A stretch of 64,000 nucleotides of DNA from Acidobacteriota bacterium (GTDB lineage: Bacteria > Acidobacteriota > UBA6911 > RPQK01 > JAJDTT01), in contig CBDCJH010000002.1 in NCBI GenBank assembly GCA_965217775.1, forward strand, positions 3,520,001 through 3,584,000, in the 5' to 3' direction. Position 1 is the first letter of the stretch, and each line of letters opens with the position of its first letter. The notes under the pieces were generated by a model that was not told the DNA's origin, searched no databases, and was given only the letters and a program-made list of their open reading frames with translations. The position numbers and the translations under genes are program-made. Shown in pieces: positions 1 through 10,749 of the stretch.

Positions 1-242
1 GGGAGTTGGCACTCTGGATCCGTTCCGTCTGGGACACCGAACAGGACGCCGTCGAGTTCTTCGACGCCTACCGGAACCTCATCCGCCTCAAATACAGTCA
101 GGCCAAGCCCTTGGAAACTCCCGGCGAGCCGCCGGAGCGCCGGCTCTGGAAGACGGAGACCGACACCTTGTTCCTGGAGCGGGACGGCCGCCGGGTCGAC
201 CTGCTGGAAGCGACCTTCCAAGGCCAGGGAAGCCGGCCCTGA
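1..242 (+). CDS. Hypothetical protein, 3' end only (runs in from outside the window)
   Basis: Open frame ending TGA at 242 with host-like codon usage; no recognisable motif. Confidence 0.6.
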   Translation, partial: ELALWIRSVWDTEQDAVEFFDAYRNLIRLKYSQAKPLETPGEPPERRLWKTETDTLFLERDGRRVDLLEATFQGQGSRP

Positions 243-251
243 GGGGACGAT

Positions 252-281
252 TTGACAGCTTGGAAGCGTGGGGATTAAGAT
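252..281 (+). promoter_or_regulatory. Sigma70-type promoter upstream of tatA
   Basis: TTGACA (252-257), 18 nt spacer, TAAGAT (276-281). Confidence 0.5.
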
Positions 282-326
282 CCCGATATCAAGTCTTGAT
301 TTTGAATATCTGAGAGGTCACTGGCT

Positions 327-488
327 ATGGGTGGTTTGGGTGTTTCGGAACTGGTCATCATTCTCATTATCGTGGTCGTGATTTTCGGCGCCAGCCGCCT
401 TCCTCAACTGGGGAAAGGACTGGGTCAGGGAATTCGGAACTTCAAGGATTCCATTAGGGCCTCGCAGGAAAAAGAGCTCGAGAAGTAA
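327..488 (+). CDS. tatA: Twin-arginine translocase subunit TatA/E (53 aa; absent from the ORF track)
   Basis: Translated by hand: [42 protein letters not shown], the TatA TM-FG-amphipathic helix pattern; GAGAGG RBS upstream. Confidence 0.95.
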   Translation: MGGLGVSELVIILIIVVVIFGASRLPQLGKGLGQGIRNFKDSIRASQEKELEK

Positions 489-571
489 GCGGATCAGTTC
501 CGGCTCCGGGTCATGGGCCCGGCCCCGTCCGTGTCCCCGCGTCGACTTCGAGTGCCTCTCTTCCGGAAAAT

Positions 572-889
572 CTAACCGGTTTCAGCGACGACCCAGTCCA
601 GGTAGGCCTTGCTTCCCTTCCGCACCGGCCACGAAAGGATCTCCGGAACGTCGTAGGGGTGGATTTCCGAGATCCGATCCATTAGTTCCTGCAGCCGGCT
701 GTCCTGAGTCTTGATCACCAGCAGGAACTCCGCATCCTCCTCGATCCGATCCTCCCACTTGTAAACCGAGGTCACGTTTTCGATAATGTTCACGCAGGCG
801 GCGAGACGATCCTGAACCAGCCTCCGGGCCAGTTTTCGGGCGGCGTCGGCGCTGTCGATGGTACACAAGACAATTCGAACCGGTGTCAT
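572..889 (-). CDS. cutA: Divalent-cation tolerance protein CutA
   Basis: LAACVNI..VTSVYKWE..IEEDAE..LVIKT..HPYDVPEI motifs; AGGAGG RBS before ATG at 889. Confidence 0.92.
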   Translation of the reverse strand: MTPVRIVLCTIDSADAARKLARRLVQDRLAACVNIIENVTSVYKWEDRIEEDAEFLLVIKTQDSRLQELMDRISEIHPYDVPEILSWPVRKGSKAYLDWVVAETG

Positions 890-902
890 AGGCTCCTCCT
901 CT

Positions 903-1235
903 ATGGCTATCAGTCGCAAAGCACGGCGGGAAATCTTCTGGATCCTGCTCCTGGCTGCCTACTTTTCCCTCACCTACATGCTGATCTTCGCCGAAGGGGG
1001 CTACCTGGAGTTCCGCAAGACTCGGGACGAGTTGCAGCAGCTCCTGATGGAGAACCAGGACCTGCGCCAACAGCAGCAGATCTACCGGGAAAAGATCCGG
1101 AAGCTGCGCGTCGACCCCAGCGAGGTCGAACGCATCGCCCGGGATCGTCACGGCTATGCCAAGCCGGGCGACATCATCGTCAACCTGCCCGGCCGGACCG
1201 ATTCGCCTCCAGACCGCGATCCAGGAAGTCGATGA
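903..1235 (+). CDS. Septum formation initiator (FtsB/DivIC family)
   Basis: N-terminal TM, coiled coil, ERIARDRHGYAKPGDII motif. Confidence 0.85.
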   Translation: MAISRKARREIFWILLLAAYFSLTYMLIFAEGGYLEFRKTRDELQQLLMENQDLRQQQQIYREKIRKLRVDPSEVERIARDRHGYAKPGDIIVNLPGRTDSPPDRDPGSR

Positions 1236-3144
1236 ATTGCTCCGGGTTCCGGGTCAACCCCGGAAACGTGGCCACCACCTCGTCTCCCGGCGACAGCACC
1301 ACGTAGAAGGGGAGCGCGATGGTCCCGAAGCGCTCCTGCTCGAGACGCATGTTCTCGGCATGCTCCGGTCCCGTGCCGTCGGTGTAGAGACGGATCAGAA
1401 GGTACTGGCGAAACCGCTCCTGAACCTTGGGCAGGGTAAAGACGTTCGCCTCCATCCAGCGGCAATTGGTGCAAGTGTAGCCGGTGAAGTCGATGAAAAC
1501 CGGCTTGCCCGACTCCCGGGCGCCGGCCAGACCGGCCTCGTAATCGTCGATCCACTCCAGTTCTTCCTCGGCACCGCCGGCAGTGGTGCCCACGATGGAC
1601 GCCGGATTCCCGTAGTCACGGGGAGGCAGGAACGCGTCCAATTCCCCCAGCGGGAACCCCACGAGGCCCCGAATCAGATGAATCGATATGGCGGCGAAGA
1701 AGATCGCGAAGAAGGCCCGCGGCACTCCGATTGAGTCGGACGCCTGCTCGTGCGGAAAGCGAAACCAGCCCAGGAGGTAAAAGAGGATCATCACGGAGAT
1801 AGCCAGCCAGATGGCGATCAGGCCCGGCCGGGTCAGAAGCTCCCATTGGTAGACCAGATCCACGTTGCTGAAGAACTTGAAGGCGAAAGCGACCTCCAGG
1901 AATCCCATCGTGATCTTGACCGAGTTCAGCCAGTTTCCGCTCCGGGGAAGCGATTTGAGCCAGGAGGGGAACAACGCCAACAGGAAGAAAGGCGAGGAGA
2001 AGACCACCGCAAACGAAGTCACTCCCACCAGGGACCAGAGCCAGTCCCCCTGGATGGCGGCGACCATCAGCGTCCCCACGAAGGGGACGGTGCAGGTGAA
2101 GGACACCAGCGAAAACGTCAGCGCCATGAGCAGGATCCCGGTGATCCCCCCCGTAGTCGACGCCTTCCGGTCCAACGCCGTGGTCCAATTGGCGGGGAGG
2201 CGAATCTCCAGCACTTCGAACAGGCTCAGGGCAAAAGCAATGAAGATTGCGGCGATCAGGAGATTGACGCCCGGGTTTGCCGCCAGGCGGTTGATTCCGC
2301 CCGAGCCGAAGAGGAAGGTGAGGCCGAATCCCAGGAGCGTAAAGGTCAGAATGATCCCCAGGGAATAGAGGGAGGCGTCCCGGAGCGCCTGACCACGCGT
2401 CACCGCCTGACGTTTGGTGAAGTAGGAGACGGTGATGGGGATCATGGGGAAAACGCAAGGCGTGAGTAGCGCCAGCGCTCCCATGCCCATGGCAAAGACG
2501 ATGTAGCCCAGGGTCTCCACCGGAATTCCGTCCGAGCCCCCGGCAGGAGCCGCGGCACTCGAGGCGGAATCAGGGGGCTCTTCCTGGACAACGGCCGCCG
2601 CCGTCTCCGATGCCGCTTCTGCGTCGGCGGGAGCGCCTGCAGCCGGCGACCGACCCTCCCCGACTTGCACGGAGGCTTCCAACACCTGGTTTCGGGGAGG
2701 TAGGCAGAGAGTATCGCTGCACACCATGAAGCGAACCTTGACACCGAGCGTCTCGTCGCCCGGCTCGGTGGAGGAACGCACTCGGACCGGAACGGAAAAA
2801 TCCACCTGGCCCTCGAAATACTCGGTATCGATTCCGAAGCTCGGATCGTAGGCGACGATGGGCGTCGGTTGGGTGACGGGACCAGCGGCCTCGAAGGCCG
2901 ACTCCTTCAGCACGGTCACCGTGGTCTTGACGGGCGGAGGGGGCTGATTGAGGGAGTAGAGGTGCCAACCCGGCACCAGTTCGGCACGCAGCGTCGCTTC
3001 GAAGACACTCCCGGCGGGAACCTCGCCCGAATCCACGAGCAACTCGAACCGGATCTTGTCCTGAGCCGGTAACGGAATAATCAGGAGCAACCAGACACTG
3101 CCGGCTCCACACGCTTTCACGATCTGTCGAATTGCATTTCTCAC
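1180..3144 (-). CDS. dsbD: Protein-disulfide reductase DsbD family (N-terminal Ig-like domain, TM domain, thioredoxin domain)
   Basis: GWHLYS, CSDTLCLPP, LTPCVFPMIP, SFTCTVP, FTGYTCTNC; GTG start overlapping the pyrC stop is inferred. Confidence 0.9.
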   Translation of the reverse strand: MRNAIRQIVKACGAGSVWLLLIIPLPAQDKIRFELLVDSGEVPAGSVFEATLRAELVPGWHLYSLNQPPPPVKTTVTVLKESAFEAAGPVTQPTPIVAYDPSFGIDTEYFEGQVDFSVPVRVRSSTEPGDETLGVKVRFMVCSDTLCLPPRNQVLEASVQVGEGRSPAAGAPADAEAASETAAAVVQEEPPDSASSAAAPAGGSDGIPVETLGYIVFAMGMGALALLTPCVFPMIPITVSYFTKRQAVTRGQALRDASLYSLGIILTFTLLGFGLTFLFGSGGINRLAANPGVNLLIAAIFIAFALSLFEVLEIRLPANWTTALDRKASTTGGITGILLMALTFSLVSFTCTVPFVGTLMVAAIQGDWLWSLVGVTSFAVVFSSPFFLLALFPSWLKSLPRSGNWLNSVKITMGFLEVAFAFKFFSNVDLVYQWELLTRPGLIAIWLAISVMILFYLLGWFRFPHEQASDSIGVPRAFFAIFFAAISIHLIRGLVGFPLGELDAFLPPRDYGNPASIVGTTAGGAEEELEWIDDYEAGLAGARESGKPVFIDFTGYTCTNCRWMEANVFTLPKVQERFRQYLLIRLYTDGTGPEHAENMRLEQERFGTIALPFYVVLSPGDEVVATFPGLTRNPEQFIDFLDRGLEANRSGRAG

Positions 3145-4424
3145 GCTGACTCCTGCCGGTGGACAACCCGGCCGCCCACCACGGTTAGAACCGGCATCCC
3201 GTGCAGCTCCCATCCCCGGAACGGACAGTTGCGTCCCTTGGACCTGAAGTGCGACGGATCCACCACCTGCCGGCGGTCCGGATCGATGACCGTAACGTCG
3301 GCATCCGCGCCTTCCGCCAAGGTGCCCTTCCCCAGCTTGAGAATCCGGCTGGGATTCAGGCTGAAGAGCTCCACCAGCCTGGAGACCGGGATGATTCTGG
3401 AACGGACCAGATGCTGCCAGCAGACTGGGATCGCCGTCTCCATGCCGACCACGCCACTGGCCGCTTCCTCGAACGGCTCCTCCTTGTCCAGCCGGGTGTG
3501 GGGCGCATGATCCGTGGCCAGACAGTCGATGGTCCCGTCCATCAGACCCTCCAACATGGCGTCGATATCGGGTTCTTCCCGCAGTGGAGGCATCATCTTG
3601 AAGTCGGTGTCGAAGTTCCGGATGTCTTCGTCGGTCAGGGTGAAGTGATGAGGCAACACTTCACAGGTGACTCGGATTCCCTGCGATTTGGCGACTCGCA
3701 CCTGGTCCAGCGACTCCCGCGTGGAGATGTGGAGAATATGGACTCTTGCGCCTGTGATCCGGCTCAGGATGATGTCCCGGACCACATGAAGCTCCTCGGC
3801 GGCACGGCTCATCCCCCGCAGCCCCAGACGGGTCGACGCCTTCCCTTCGTTCATGCATCCGCCGGCGGCCAGGAAGAGGTCCTCGCAGTGGTCCATCACC
3901 AGGATGTCGAAGATCCTGGCGTATTCCATCGCCCGCCGCATGACCTGACTGTTCTGCACCGGACGGCCGTCGTCGGTGACGGCGACGATCCCCGCCGCCT
4001 GCATCTCTCCGATTTCCGCCAGTTGCTCGCCCCGGGAGCCCACGGTGATGGCGCCCGTGGGAAAGACGTTCACCAACCCCGCATCGGCGGCCCGTTCCAG
4101 GATGAACCGGGTGATGGCGGCGTTGTCGTTGACCGGGGTCGTATTGGGCATGCAGACGATGCTGGTAAAGCCTCCGGCCGCCGCTGCCCGAGAGCCCGTG
4201 AGGATGGTCTCCTTGTCCTCCCGGCCCGGCTCTCGAAGATGCACGTGCATGTCGACGAAACCCGGCGTGACCACACAGCCCGCGACATCGATGACCTCGC
4301 GGCTCTTGCGGGCGGACAGCTTCCCCACAGCAACCACTTTCCCGTCTTCGAGGAGGACGTCCGCCCGCCCGTCCAGATCCTGGGACGGGTCCACGACCCG
4401 GCCTCCGCGCAGCAACAGACTCAC
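3141..4424 (-). CDS. pyrC: Dihydroorotase
   Basis: [26 protein letters not shown]. Confidence 0.95.
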   Translation of the reverse strand: MSLLLRGGRVVDPSQDLDGRADVLLEDGKVVAVGKLSARKSREVIDVAGCVVTPGFVDMHVHLREPGREDKETILTGSRAAAAGGFTSIVCMPNTTPVNDNAAITRFILERAADAGLVNVFPTGAITVGSRGEQLAEIGEMQAAGIVAVTDDGRPVQNSQVMRRAMEYARIFDILVMDHCEDLFLAAGGCMNEGKASTRLGLRGMSRAAEELHVVRDIILSRITGARVHILHISTRESLDQVRVAKSQGIRVTCEVLPHHFTLTDEDIRNFDTDFKMMPPLREEPDIDAMLEGLMDGTIDCLATDHAPHTRLDKEEPFEEAASGVVGMETAIPVCWQHLVRSRIIPVSRLVELFSLNPSRILKLGKGTLAEGADADVTVIDPDRRQVVDPSHFRSKGRNCPFRGWELHGMPVLTVVGGRVVHRQESA

Positions 4425-5356
4425 GGTTCCTCCTCGCCGGCGCCCAACAGGAGATAGAGGACCGCCATTCTCACCGCCAGGCCGTTGGTCACCTGATTCA
4501 GTATGACCGAATGGTCGCCGTCGGCGACGTCCGGATCGATCTCGACGCCACGATTGATGGGTCCCGGATGCATGATGATGGCATCGTTACGGGCGGACCG
4601 CATCCTCTCCCGGCTCAGCCCGAAGAGGCGAAAATACTCCCGGACCGAGGGGAAGAAGACTTCGTGCTGCCGCTCCCTCTGGGCCCGGAGCATCATTACC
4701 ACGTCCGCGTCCGCCAGAGCCTCCTCCAGATGGAACGTCACCGTGGCCCCCAACTGCCCGAACTCCAGTGGTATCAGCGTCGGGGGACCGCAGATCCAGA
4801 CCCGGGCGCCCAGCTTGTTCAGGAGAAAGGTGTTGGAACGGGCGACCCGGCTATGGGAGATGTCCCCGACGATGGCGACCTTCAAGTCCCGGATGGAACC
4901 CTTACGCTCCAGGATGGTGTAGGCGTCCAGCAGCGCCTGGGTCGGATGCTCGTGCATACCGTCCCCGGCATTGACGATGGAGCACTCGCGGCAGGCTTCG
5001 GCCAGAAGCCAGGGCGCCCCGGCCGCCTGATGCCGCAGGACGATGATCTCGGGACTCATGGACTCCAGGTTGCGGGCCGTGTCGACGAGGGTCTCCCCCT
5101 TTCCCACGCTGCTCGTCGAAACGCTGAAATTAAGGATGTCGGCGCTCAGGCGCTTGGCGGCGATCTCGAAGGAAGAACGGGTGCGGGTGGACGCCTCGTA
5201 GAAGAGGTTGATGACCGACCGGCCTCGGAGAGTGGGCACCTTCTTGACCGGGCGGGTCGCGATTTCCCTGAAGCTCCGTGCCGTGTTCAGAATCAGCTCG
5301 ATGTCGGCGACCGGCATCCCTTCGATGCCCAGAAGATGCCTGCTGCTGAGCGGCAT
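4421..5356 (-). CDS. pyrB: Aspartate carbamoyltransferase catalytic subunit
   Basis: [35 protein letters not shown]. Confidence 0.97.
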   Translation of the reverse strand: MPLSSRHLLGIEGMPVADIELILNTARSFREIATRPVKKVPTLRGRSVINLFYEASTRTRSSFEIAAKRLSADILNFSVSTSSVGKGETLVDTARNLESMSPEIIVLRHQAAGAPWLLAEACRECSIVNAGDGMHEHPTQALLDAYTILERKGSIRDLKVAIVGDISHSRVARSNTFLLNKLGARVWICGPPTLIPLEFGQLGATVTFHLEEALADADVVMMLRAQRERQHEVFFPSVREYFRLFGLSRERMRSARNDAIIMHPGPINRGVEIDPDVADGDHSVILNQVTNGLAVRMAVLYLLLGAGEEEP

Positions 5357-5359
5357 GGT

Positions 5360-5893
5360 CTAAGAACCCTTCCGGGTGAGAAACACCCCTTCGTCCTCAT
5401 CCACAGGGGCGATGTGCACGTCGACCGTCTGGTCTTCCCGGGTATCGACCCGGCGACCCACGTAGTCGGCCTGAATGGGAAGCTCGCGGTGCCCCCGGTC
5501 GACGAGCACGATCAGCTCGACCCGCTTGGGCCGCCCGTAGTCCAGGAGACTCTCCAGGGCCGCACGCACGGTCCGGCCGGTGTAGAGCACGTCGTCCACC
5601 AGCAGCAGGGTCCGGCCGGTGACGGGAAAATCCAACTGGGACGCTCCGACGACAGGCTGCGGCCCGACCAGGGACAAATCGTCCCGATAGAAGTTGATGT
5701 CCAGGATCCCGAGCGGCAGGCTGTGCCCCGTCAGATCTTCGATATTCTGCTTCAGACGCCGTGCCAGGGGAACCCCCCGGCGGCGGATCCCCACCAGAGC
5801 CGCCTCCCGGAGATTCGGATGGGACTCGACCAGGTCCTTGGAGATCGCCAGGAGCGTGCGCTCCATCTCCCGACTCGTCATCAACAGTTGCAA
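5360..5893 (-). CDS. pyrR: Bifunctional pyr regulator / uracil phosphoribosyltransferase PyrR
   Basis: LDINFYRDD, LVDDVLYTGRT, DRGHRELPIQADYVG. Confidence 0.95.
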   Translation of the reverse strand: MQLLMTSREMERTLLAISKDLVESHPNLREAALVGIRRRGVPLARRLKQNIEDLTGHSLPLGILDINFYRDDLSLVGPQPVVGASQLDFPVTGRTLLLVDDVLYTGRTVRAALESLLDYGRPKRVELIVLVDRGHRELPIQADYVGRRVDTREDQTVDVHIAPVDEDEGVFLTRKGS

Positions 5894-6168
5894 CGGACTC
5901 CTCCGCTTCGGGGATGCCGGTCGTTCTCAAAACCGCCTCGCCACGGCGTCGCAACGATGCACCCCGCGATGACTCCGAGCACACAACGACTCCGGCAACA
6001 TGTGCCACGGGCAGACTGCGATTTGGAGATTAGCATAGCCGGAGCCCGGCGAGAATCAGTTGTGGCGAATTCGAAAAAGAAGGGCAGCGGCTGGGTCGAG
6101 TCCCTCCCGGTGAGCCCCCATTTCCCCGCTCCTCTCACTCTTGCTCTTCCCTGTGCTATCGTGAAGGG

Positions 6169-6996
6169 GTGATTCACGTGGTCCAGGCGCCGGTCGTCGG
6201 GAGCACCGGCTATCCCGGTTTCAACCACCTCTTGGCGCTTCGTTCCCCTGAGATCGCCTGCAGCTCGAAGCCCGGTCAGTTCGTCATGGCCGGTCTCATG
6301 GACTGCCCTTCCGACCCCCTTCTCAAGCGCGCCCTGGCCGTCTACTCGATCCCGCGCCCGGCCGGCGACGGCAGCATCCTCACGCTGTTGATCAAAATCG
6401 TGGGCCCGGGGACCCGCCTGCTTGCGGCACTCCGGGAAGGCGAGCGGGTCAGCCTGATCGGCCCGCTGGGAAACGGTTTCGACACCTCCCGGGCCAAGGG
6501 ACGGGTCAGCGTTCTGGTAGCGGGGGGAGTGGGCATCGCCTCCGTCTTCCTGTTGGCCAAGGAACTCAGCGAGGCCGGGGAGGAGGTCCATCTGTTGTAC
6601 GGCGCCCGCCGGGCCCGGGACCTGGTGGGACTCGAGGACTTTCAGGACCTGGGAATCCGGGTCCAGGTCGCTACGGAAGACGGCAGCCGGGGTTTCCGGG
6701 GACTGGTCACCCAGATTCTGGAACCTTACTTCCGCCGCTATCCGGCGCAGAGACTGGCCCTCTACACCTGCGGACCCAATCCCATGATGCAGGCCGTCTC
6801 CAGGCTGGCTTCCGTTCACGGAGCCGGTTGCCAAGTCTCGGTGGAGACTCCCATGGCCTGTGGCTTCGGCGTCTGCCTGGGGTGCAGTGTGAGGACCGTC
6901 CGATCCTATCGCCTGGCCTGCACCCATGGCCCCGTGTTTGACGCCCGAGAGGTGGTCTGGGACACGGCAACGGAAGGTGAAGGGGTCCATGCCTGA
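6169..6996 (+). CDS. pyrK: Dihydroorotate dehydrogenase electron transfer subunit
   Basis: PGQFVM, GPLGNGF, VAGGVGIA, MACGFGVCLGC...C 2Fe-2S motif. Confidence 0.92.
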   Translation: MIHVVQAPVVGSTGYPGFNHLLALRSPEIACSSKPGQFVMAGLMDCPSDPLLKRALAVYSIPRPAGDGSILTLLIKIVGPGTRLLAALREGERVSLIGPLGNGFDTSRAKGRVSVLVAGGVGIASVFLLAKELSEAGEEVHLLYGARRARDLVGLEDFQDLGIRVQVATEDGSRGFRGLVTQILEPYFRRYPAQRLALYTCGPNPMMQAVSRLASVHGAGCQVSVETPMACGFGVCLGCSVRTVRSYRLACTHGPVFDAREVVWDTATEGEGVHA

Positions 6997-7951
6997 TCCG
7001 GTCAGCCTTGCAGTGGAGATCTCCGGTATCCGTTTCAAGAACCCGGTGCTGACGGCGTCCGGCACCTTTGGCTACGGGTTGGAGTTCACCCGCTTCTTCG
7101 ACATCTCCCGGCTGGGCGGCTTCTGCACCAAGGGACTCTCCCTCCTGCCCCGTCCGGGCAATCCTCCCGGCCGCATCTTCGAGACGCCGTCGGGGATGCT
7201 CAACGCCATCGGACTGGAGAACGTGGGCGTGGAAGCATTCATCCGCGACAAGCTTCCGCGACTGGAACCCTACGAGACCCACGTCATCGCCAACATCTTC
7301 GGCAAGAGCATCGGCGAGTTCATAGCCATCACCGACCGGCTCAATCCCTGCCCCAAGGTGAGCGCTCTGGAGTTGAACATCTCCTGTCCCAACATCACCG
7401 AGGGAGGAATCGAGTTCGGACACGATCCGGACCTGACCTTCCAGGTGGTGGAGGCCGTGACCCGGGTCTCGGCCAAACCGGTCTGGGTGAAGCTCTCGCC
7501 CAATGTCACCGACATCCGCATCTTCGCCCGAGCCTGCCAGGAGGCGGGAGCCGATGCCATCAGCCTGGTCAACACCTTCGTGGGTATGAGCGTGGATGTT
7601 CACCGGCGCCGGCCCATGATCTCCAATGTGACCGCCGGCCTTTCCGGGCCGGCCATCCGGCCCCTGGCGGTCCGGCTGGTCCATCAGGTCGCCGCCAGCG
7701 TCGAGATTCCCGTCATCGGCATCGGAGGCATCGCCACCACCCGGGACGCGTTGGAGTTTCTCATTGCCGGCGCCCGGGCGGTCCAACTCGGGACCGCCAA
7801 CTTCTCCGATCCGTTGGCCTCGTTGAAGGTGGTCCAGGGTCTGGAAGAATATTGCCGGATTCACGGAATTCGGGACGCCAACCGGATCTCGGGTTCGTTG
7901 CGAACCCGGGAGACGTCGGTCCCTTCCGGTGCGGCCGGCGGAGGCGGGTAA
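6989..7951 (+). CDS. pyrD: Dihydroorotate dehydrogenase (class 1B) catalytic subunit
   Basis: ASGTFGYG, ELNISCPN, VKLSPNVTDI, GLSGPAIRP. Confidence 0.95.
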   Translation: MPDPVSLAVEISGIRFKNPVLTASGTFGYGLEFTRFFDISRLGGFCTKGLSLLPRPGNPPGRIFETPSGMLNAIGLENVGVEAFIRDKLPRLEPYETHVIANIFGKSIGEFIAITDRLNPCPKVSALELNISCPNITEGGIEFGHDPDLTFQVVEAVTRVSAKPVWVKLSPNVTDIRIFARACQEAGADAISLVNTFVGMSVDVHRRRPMISNVTAGLSGPAIRPLAVRLVHQVAASVEIPVIGIGGIATTRDALEFLIAGARAVQLGTANFSDPLASLKVVQGLEEYCRIHGIRDANRISGSLRTRETSVPSGAAGGGG

Positions 7952-7954
7952 GAC

Positions 7955-8572
7955 ATGCGAATCGCATTGCACAGCCTCGGGCACGGGTTGAAGGCGATCC
8001 TGATCGCATTCCACCTCCTCCCAGCGGCCCCGGCGGCTCTTGCGCAGTTGTCGCCGACCGACACGACCGAATCGGCGACGGCCTCAGCCTGCCACGCCTT
8101 CGTCGACTTCGAAAACATCTGGACCGTGGAGTTGATCCGATCCCGAGACGACAAGATCACTCCCATCCTGAACATCGTCACTTTCACCAAGGGGGAGTGG
8201 GACCTGAGACCCGATCAGATCCACATCTTCAACCGCAAGGGTAAGGAGGCCCGGATCAAGCGCTTCGCCCTGGATACGGGTGTTCCCGGAGACGCCTACA
8301 AGAGCAACTACCTGAAGGTTCTGGGAAACAGCTTCGTCGGAATCGACCTGGAAGGCAAGCTCAAGGACTTCCCTTCCTCCCCCCGTGTCACCATCGACCT
8401 GGCGCACCATCGCTTCGAGCTCCAGCCTCTGGACTGCGAAGCCTTCGACAACCTGGCCCACCGGATCAACAAGATCAATTTCAACAGCCCCGACATCCGG
8501 GAAGATTTCGATCTGATCAAGATTCCCCACCTGGGGCGGAGGCTGCCCCGGCCCAAGCCTCACGAGTGGTGA
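7955..8572 (+). CDS. Hypothetical exported protein
   Basis: Signal-peptide-like N-terminus, host codon usage, 3 nt after pyrD. Confidence 0.7.
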   Translation: MRIALHSLGHGLKAILIAFHLLPAAPAALAQLSPTDTTESATASACHAFVDFENIWTVELIRSRDDKITPILNIVTFTKGEWDLRPDQIHIFNRKGKEARIKRFALDTGVPGDAYKSNYLKVLGNSFVGIDLEGKLKDFPSSPRVTIDLAHHRFELQPLDCEAFDNLAHRINKINFNSPDIREDFDLIKIPHLGRRLPRPKPHEW

Positions 8573-8756
8573 ACGCCGGGTTTCCGTCTGTCGCTCCTCG
8601 TTCCTTGGAACGGAGGAAGGTGGAACGAAAAGGAAAGAGAAAGGCGGTAAGAACCAAGGACCAGGATCAAAGCTCCCACCGTTGCCATGGCCGGGGAATC
8701 GGCCTCACCATCGTAGCGCGCTTGGATCATGCCAGCAGTTCGGCCATAAGATCGGC

Positions 8757-8787
8757 AAAAAAACAGGGAGCCGTTTCCGGCTCCCTG
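8757..8787 (-). terminator. Rho-independent terminator
   Basis: CAGGGAGCCG-GAAA-CGGCTCCCTG followed by T7 on the minus strand. Confidence 0.8.
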
Positions 8788-8887
8788 GGGTCATAAGGCC
8801 CGGCAGCAATGCCGCCGGGGGGACGTAATGTTTTCAACGTACGCGTAAGCTTGCCACCGAGTCAACTACGAGGTAACGGGCACGTAC

Positions 8888-8917
8888 GTGGGAGGGGGGA
8901 CAGTCTTGTCCCCCTCT
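8888..8917. repeat. REP-like palindrome
   Basis: GTGGGAGGGGGGAC-AGTCTT-GTCCCCCTC; similar to the palindromes at 60004-60113. Confidence 0.45.
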
Positions 8918-9038
8918 TCATCGCCGACCCGGAACCGGCTACAGCAGAGTCTGTGCTCCCAAATTCCCCTTTTCCTGCCAGGATTGTGCCGGCCTGCGGC
9001 CGGTGGGGGAGCTTCCCTCTGTTCTCTTTCGCCGCTCT

Positions 9039-10682
9039 TCACCTCTTTCCGATCCGGTCCAGCACCGCGCTCGGTGGCGTCCAGCCGTAACTGCGGGTCA
9101 CGCCGGGCCGGTAGGCGATGGTCAGGATGAAGATCCGGAGGTTCCGCGCCTTCGAGGGCGGAACGTTGACCTGGACCTGGGTGAAACCGTTTCCGAACCA
9201 GCTCCGGTAGCCGTCGTCCGGACTCTCGGCAAGGGCGTGTCCGTTCAGACGGACGTCCGCCAGTTGAGGCCTGCGATACGGGATCCGAAAGCGAAAACCG
9301 ATGCCATGGCGGATCCGGGAAGGTCCGGCCACGTCGGCCTGGTTCCTTCTGTCCAGGGCAACCAGGACTTCCGGGCCCGCCCGGACGAAGATTTCAACGG
9401 CATCGGCATCGATTCCCGATTGGTTCCGGAGGTTCGAGAGGAAGGCCTCCGGATCCGAATCCAACATCCGGGACGCCTCTTTGTCCACCGCCACCAGATA
9501 ACTGTCGCGGCCCTCGGTCTGGGGATAGAGGATGCCCTGCAGGAATCGCTCCTGCTTCTCCCAGAGTTCGACGCGGCTCCTGCGGCGCTCGGCGGCGGTC
9601 CGGCCCCAAGCCGTGACGTAGTGCCCGGTGAACGACTTGACCCGGTTTACGGGATAGCCCGAGACGGGGTGGCCCTGCCAGGATCCGTTTCCGATCCGCA
9701 GCAGCCCCTTCAGCCGGGCGACGCCGGCTTCCTCCCAACCCACTTCCAGGACGGTCTGAAGGGTATGGTAGCGCGCGTATCCATATTGGGCCGTGTAGAA
9801 GCGGGTCCGGCCCCGCCACAAGCGGCCGGACAACGGATCCAGGGCGGGAGCCCAGAACCCCCGCTGGGCATCGGCCTCGGCCCGGTCCGATCCGTACCCT
9901 GCTTCGACACCCGCCTGGATCATGGCATCGGTGATCCGGGGATCCCAAGGACGCAGCAGGAAGTTGGAATAGGCGGATCCGGTGGACTCGAACATGGTCT
10001 GCCCACGATAGGACCGCCGGTCCCCAAGCTTGTCCAATGGATACTCCTGAAGGCCGGTGCCATGCACATCGGCATGGACCTCCGGACGGTAACGGTCCAT
10101 CACGGAAAAGACCGCCCGGATCTCCGGAACCTTCTCCAGTTGCTTGAAGGAGAGGTTCTCCAGATCCCAATTGCGGTCACCCCCTCCATAGGGATTCATG
10201 CCCTGGGACGTGCCGAAGCGATCACTCACGAAGAAGGCGTAGGGATTCACGATGGGCATCAGAAGGAGCACCTGCTCGCGGCGGGTTTCTGCGGCCTCTT
10301 CGCTATCGCCGAGGAGCCATTCGGCCAGATGCAGAATGGTAGTGGTGCCGGAACGTTCGGGTCCCCCGTGGAGTGCAGTGACGAGGCACACCTGTTTGTC
10401 TTCGTCGGGTACGGACGAATCGGTGATCTTGAGAACAAAGATGGGCATCTTCTCCACCGACTCGCCCACTCGCTCGACCTGGAGGATCCCGGGGCGACGC
10501 TCGGACCAGTATTCCACCGTCGCCTCGTACTCCTGGAGCGTGATGCGATGCATCTTCTGTTTCCAGGGCTGGGGCAGTCCGGCCAGCACCTGACCCAGAT
10601 TCGTTTCCGTGTTCTGACTCGCCGGCAGCCCGCCGGAGACATGGGGTAGTGCTACCACCAGGAATAAACAGATCTTCTTCAT
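9039..10682 (-). CDS. M14-family zinc carboxypeptidase-like secreted protein
   Basis: Signal peptide MKKICLFLVVAL; LHGGPE and MPIVNP, DVHG motifs. Confidence 0.75.
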   Translation of the reverse strand: MKKICLFLVVALPHVSGGLPASQNTETNLGQVLAGLPQPWKQKMHRITLQEYEATVEYWSERRPGILQVERVGESVEKMPIFVLKITDSSVPDEDKQVCLVTALHGGPERSGTTTILHLAEWLLGDSEEAAETRREQVLLLMPIVNPYAFFVSDRFGTSQGMNPYGGGDRNWDLENLSFKQLEKVPEIRAVFSVMDRYRPEVHADVHGTGLQEYPLDKLGDRRSYRGQTMFESTGSAYSNFLLRPWDPRITDAMIQAGVEAGYGSDRAEADAQRGFWAPALDPLSGRLWRGRTRFYTAQYGYARYHTLQTVLEVGWEEAGVARLKGLLRIGNGSWQGHPVSGYPVNRVKSFTGHYVTAWGRTAAERRRSRVELWEKQERFLQGILYPQTEGRDSYLVAVDKEASRMLDSDPEAFLSNLRNQSGIDADAVEIFVRAGPEVLVALDRRNQADVAGPSRIRHGIGFRFRIPYRRPQLADVRLNGHALAESPDDGYRSWFGNGFTQVQVNVPPSKARNLRIFILTIAYRPGVTRSYGWTPPSAVLDRIGKR

Positions 10683-10749
10683 CCCAATCCACCTCCTGAC
10701 ACGGGACCGGACTGGCCGCGCGTCCTCGCTTCCGAATAAACTTGCGCTA

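Noticed and set aside
5894-6168. PyrR-binding attenuator
   Set aside because: No recognisable AGUCCAGAGAGGC-like binding loop or terminator/antiterminator pair; a covariance search would be needed to exclude it
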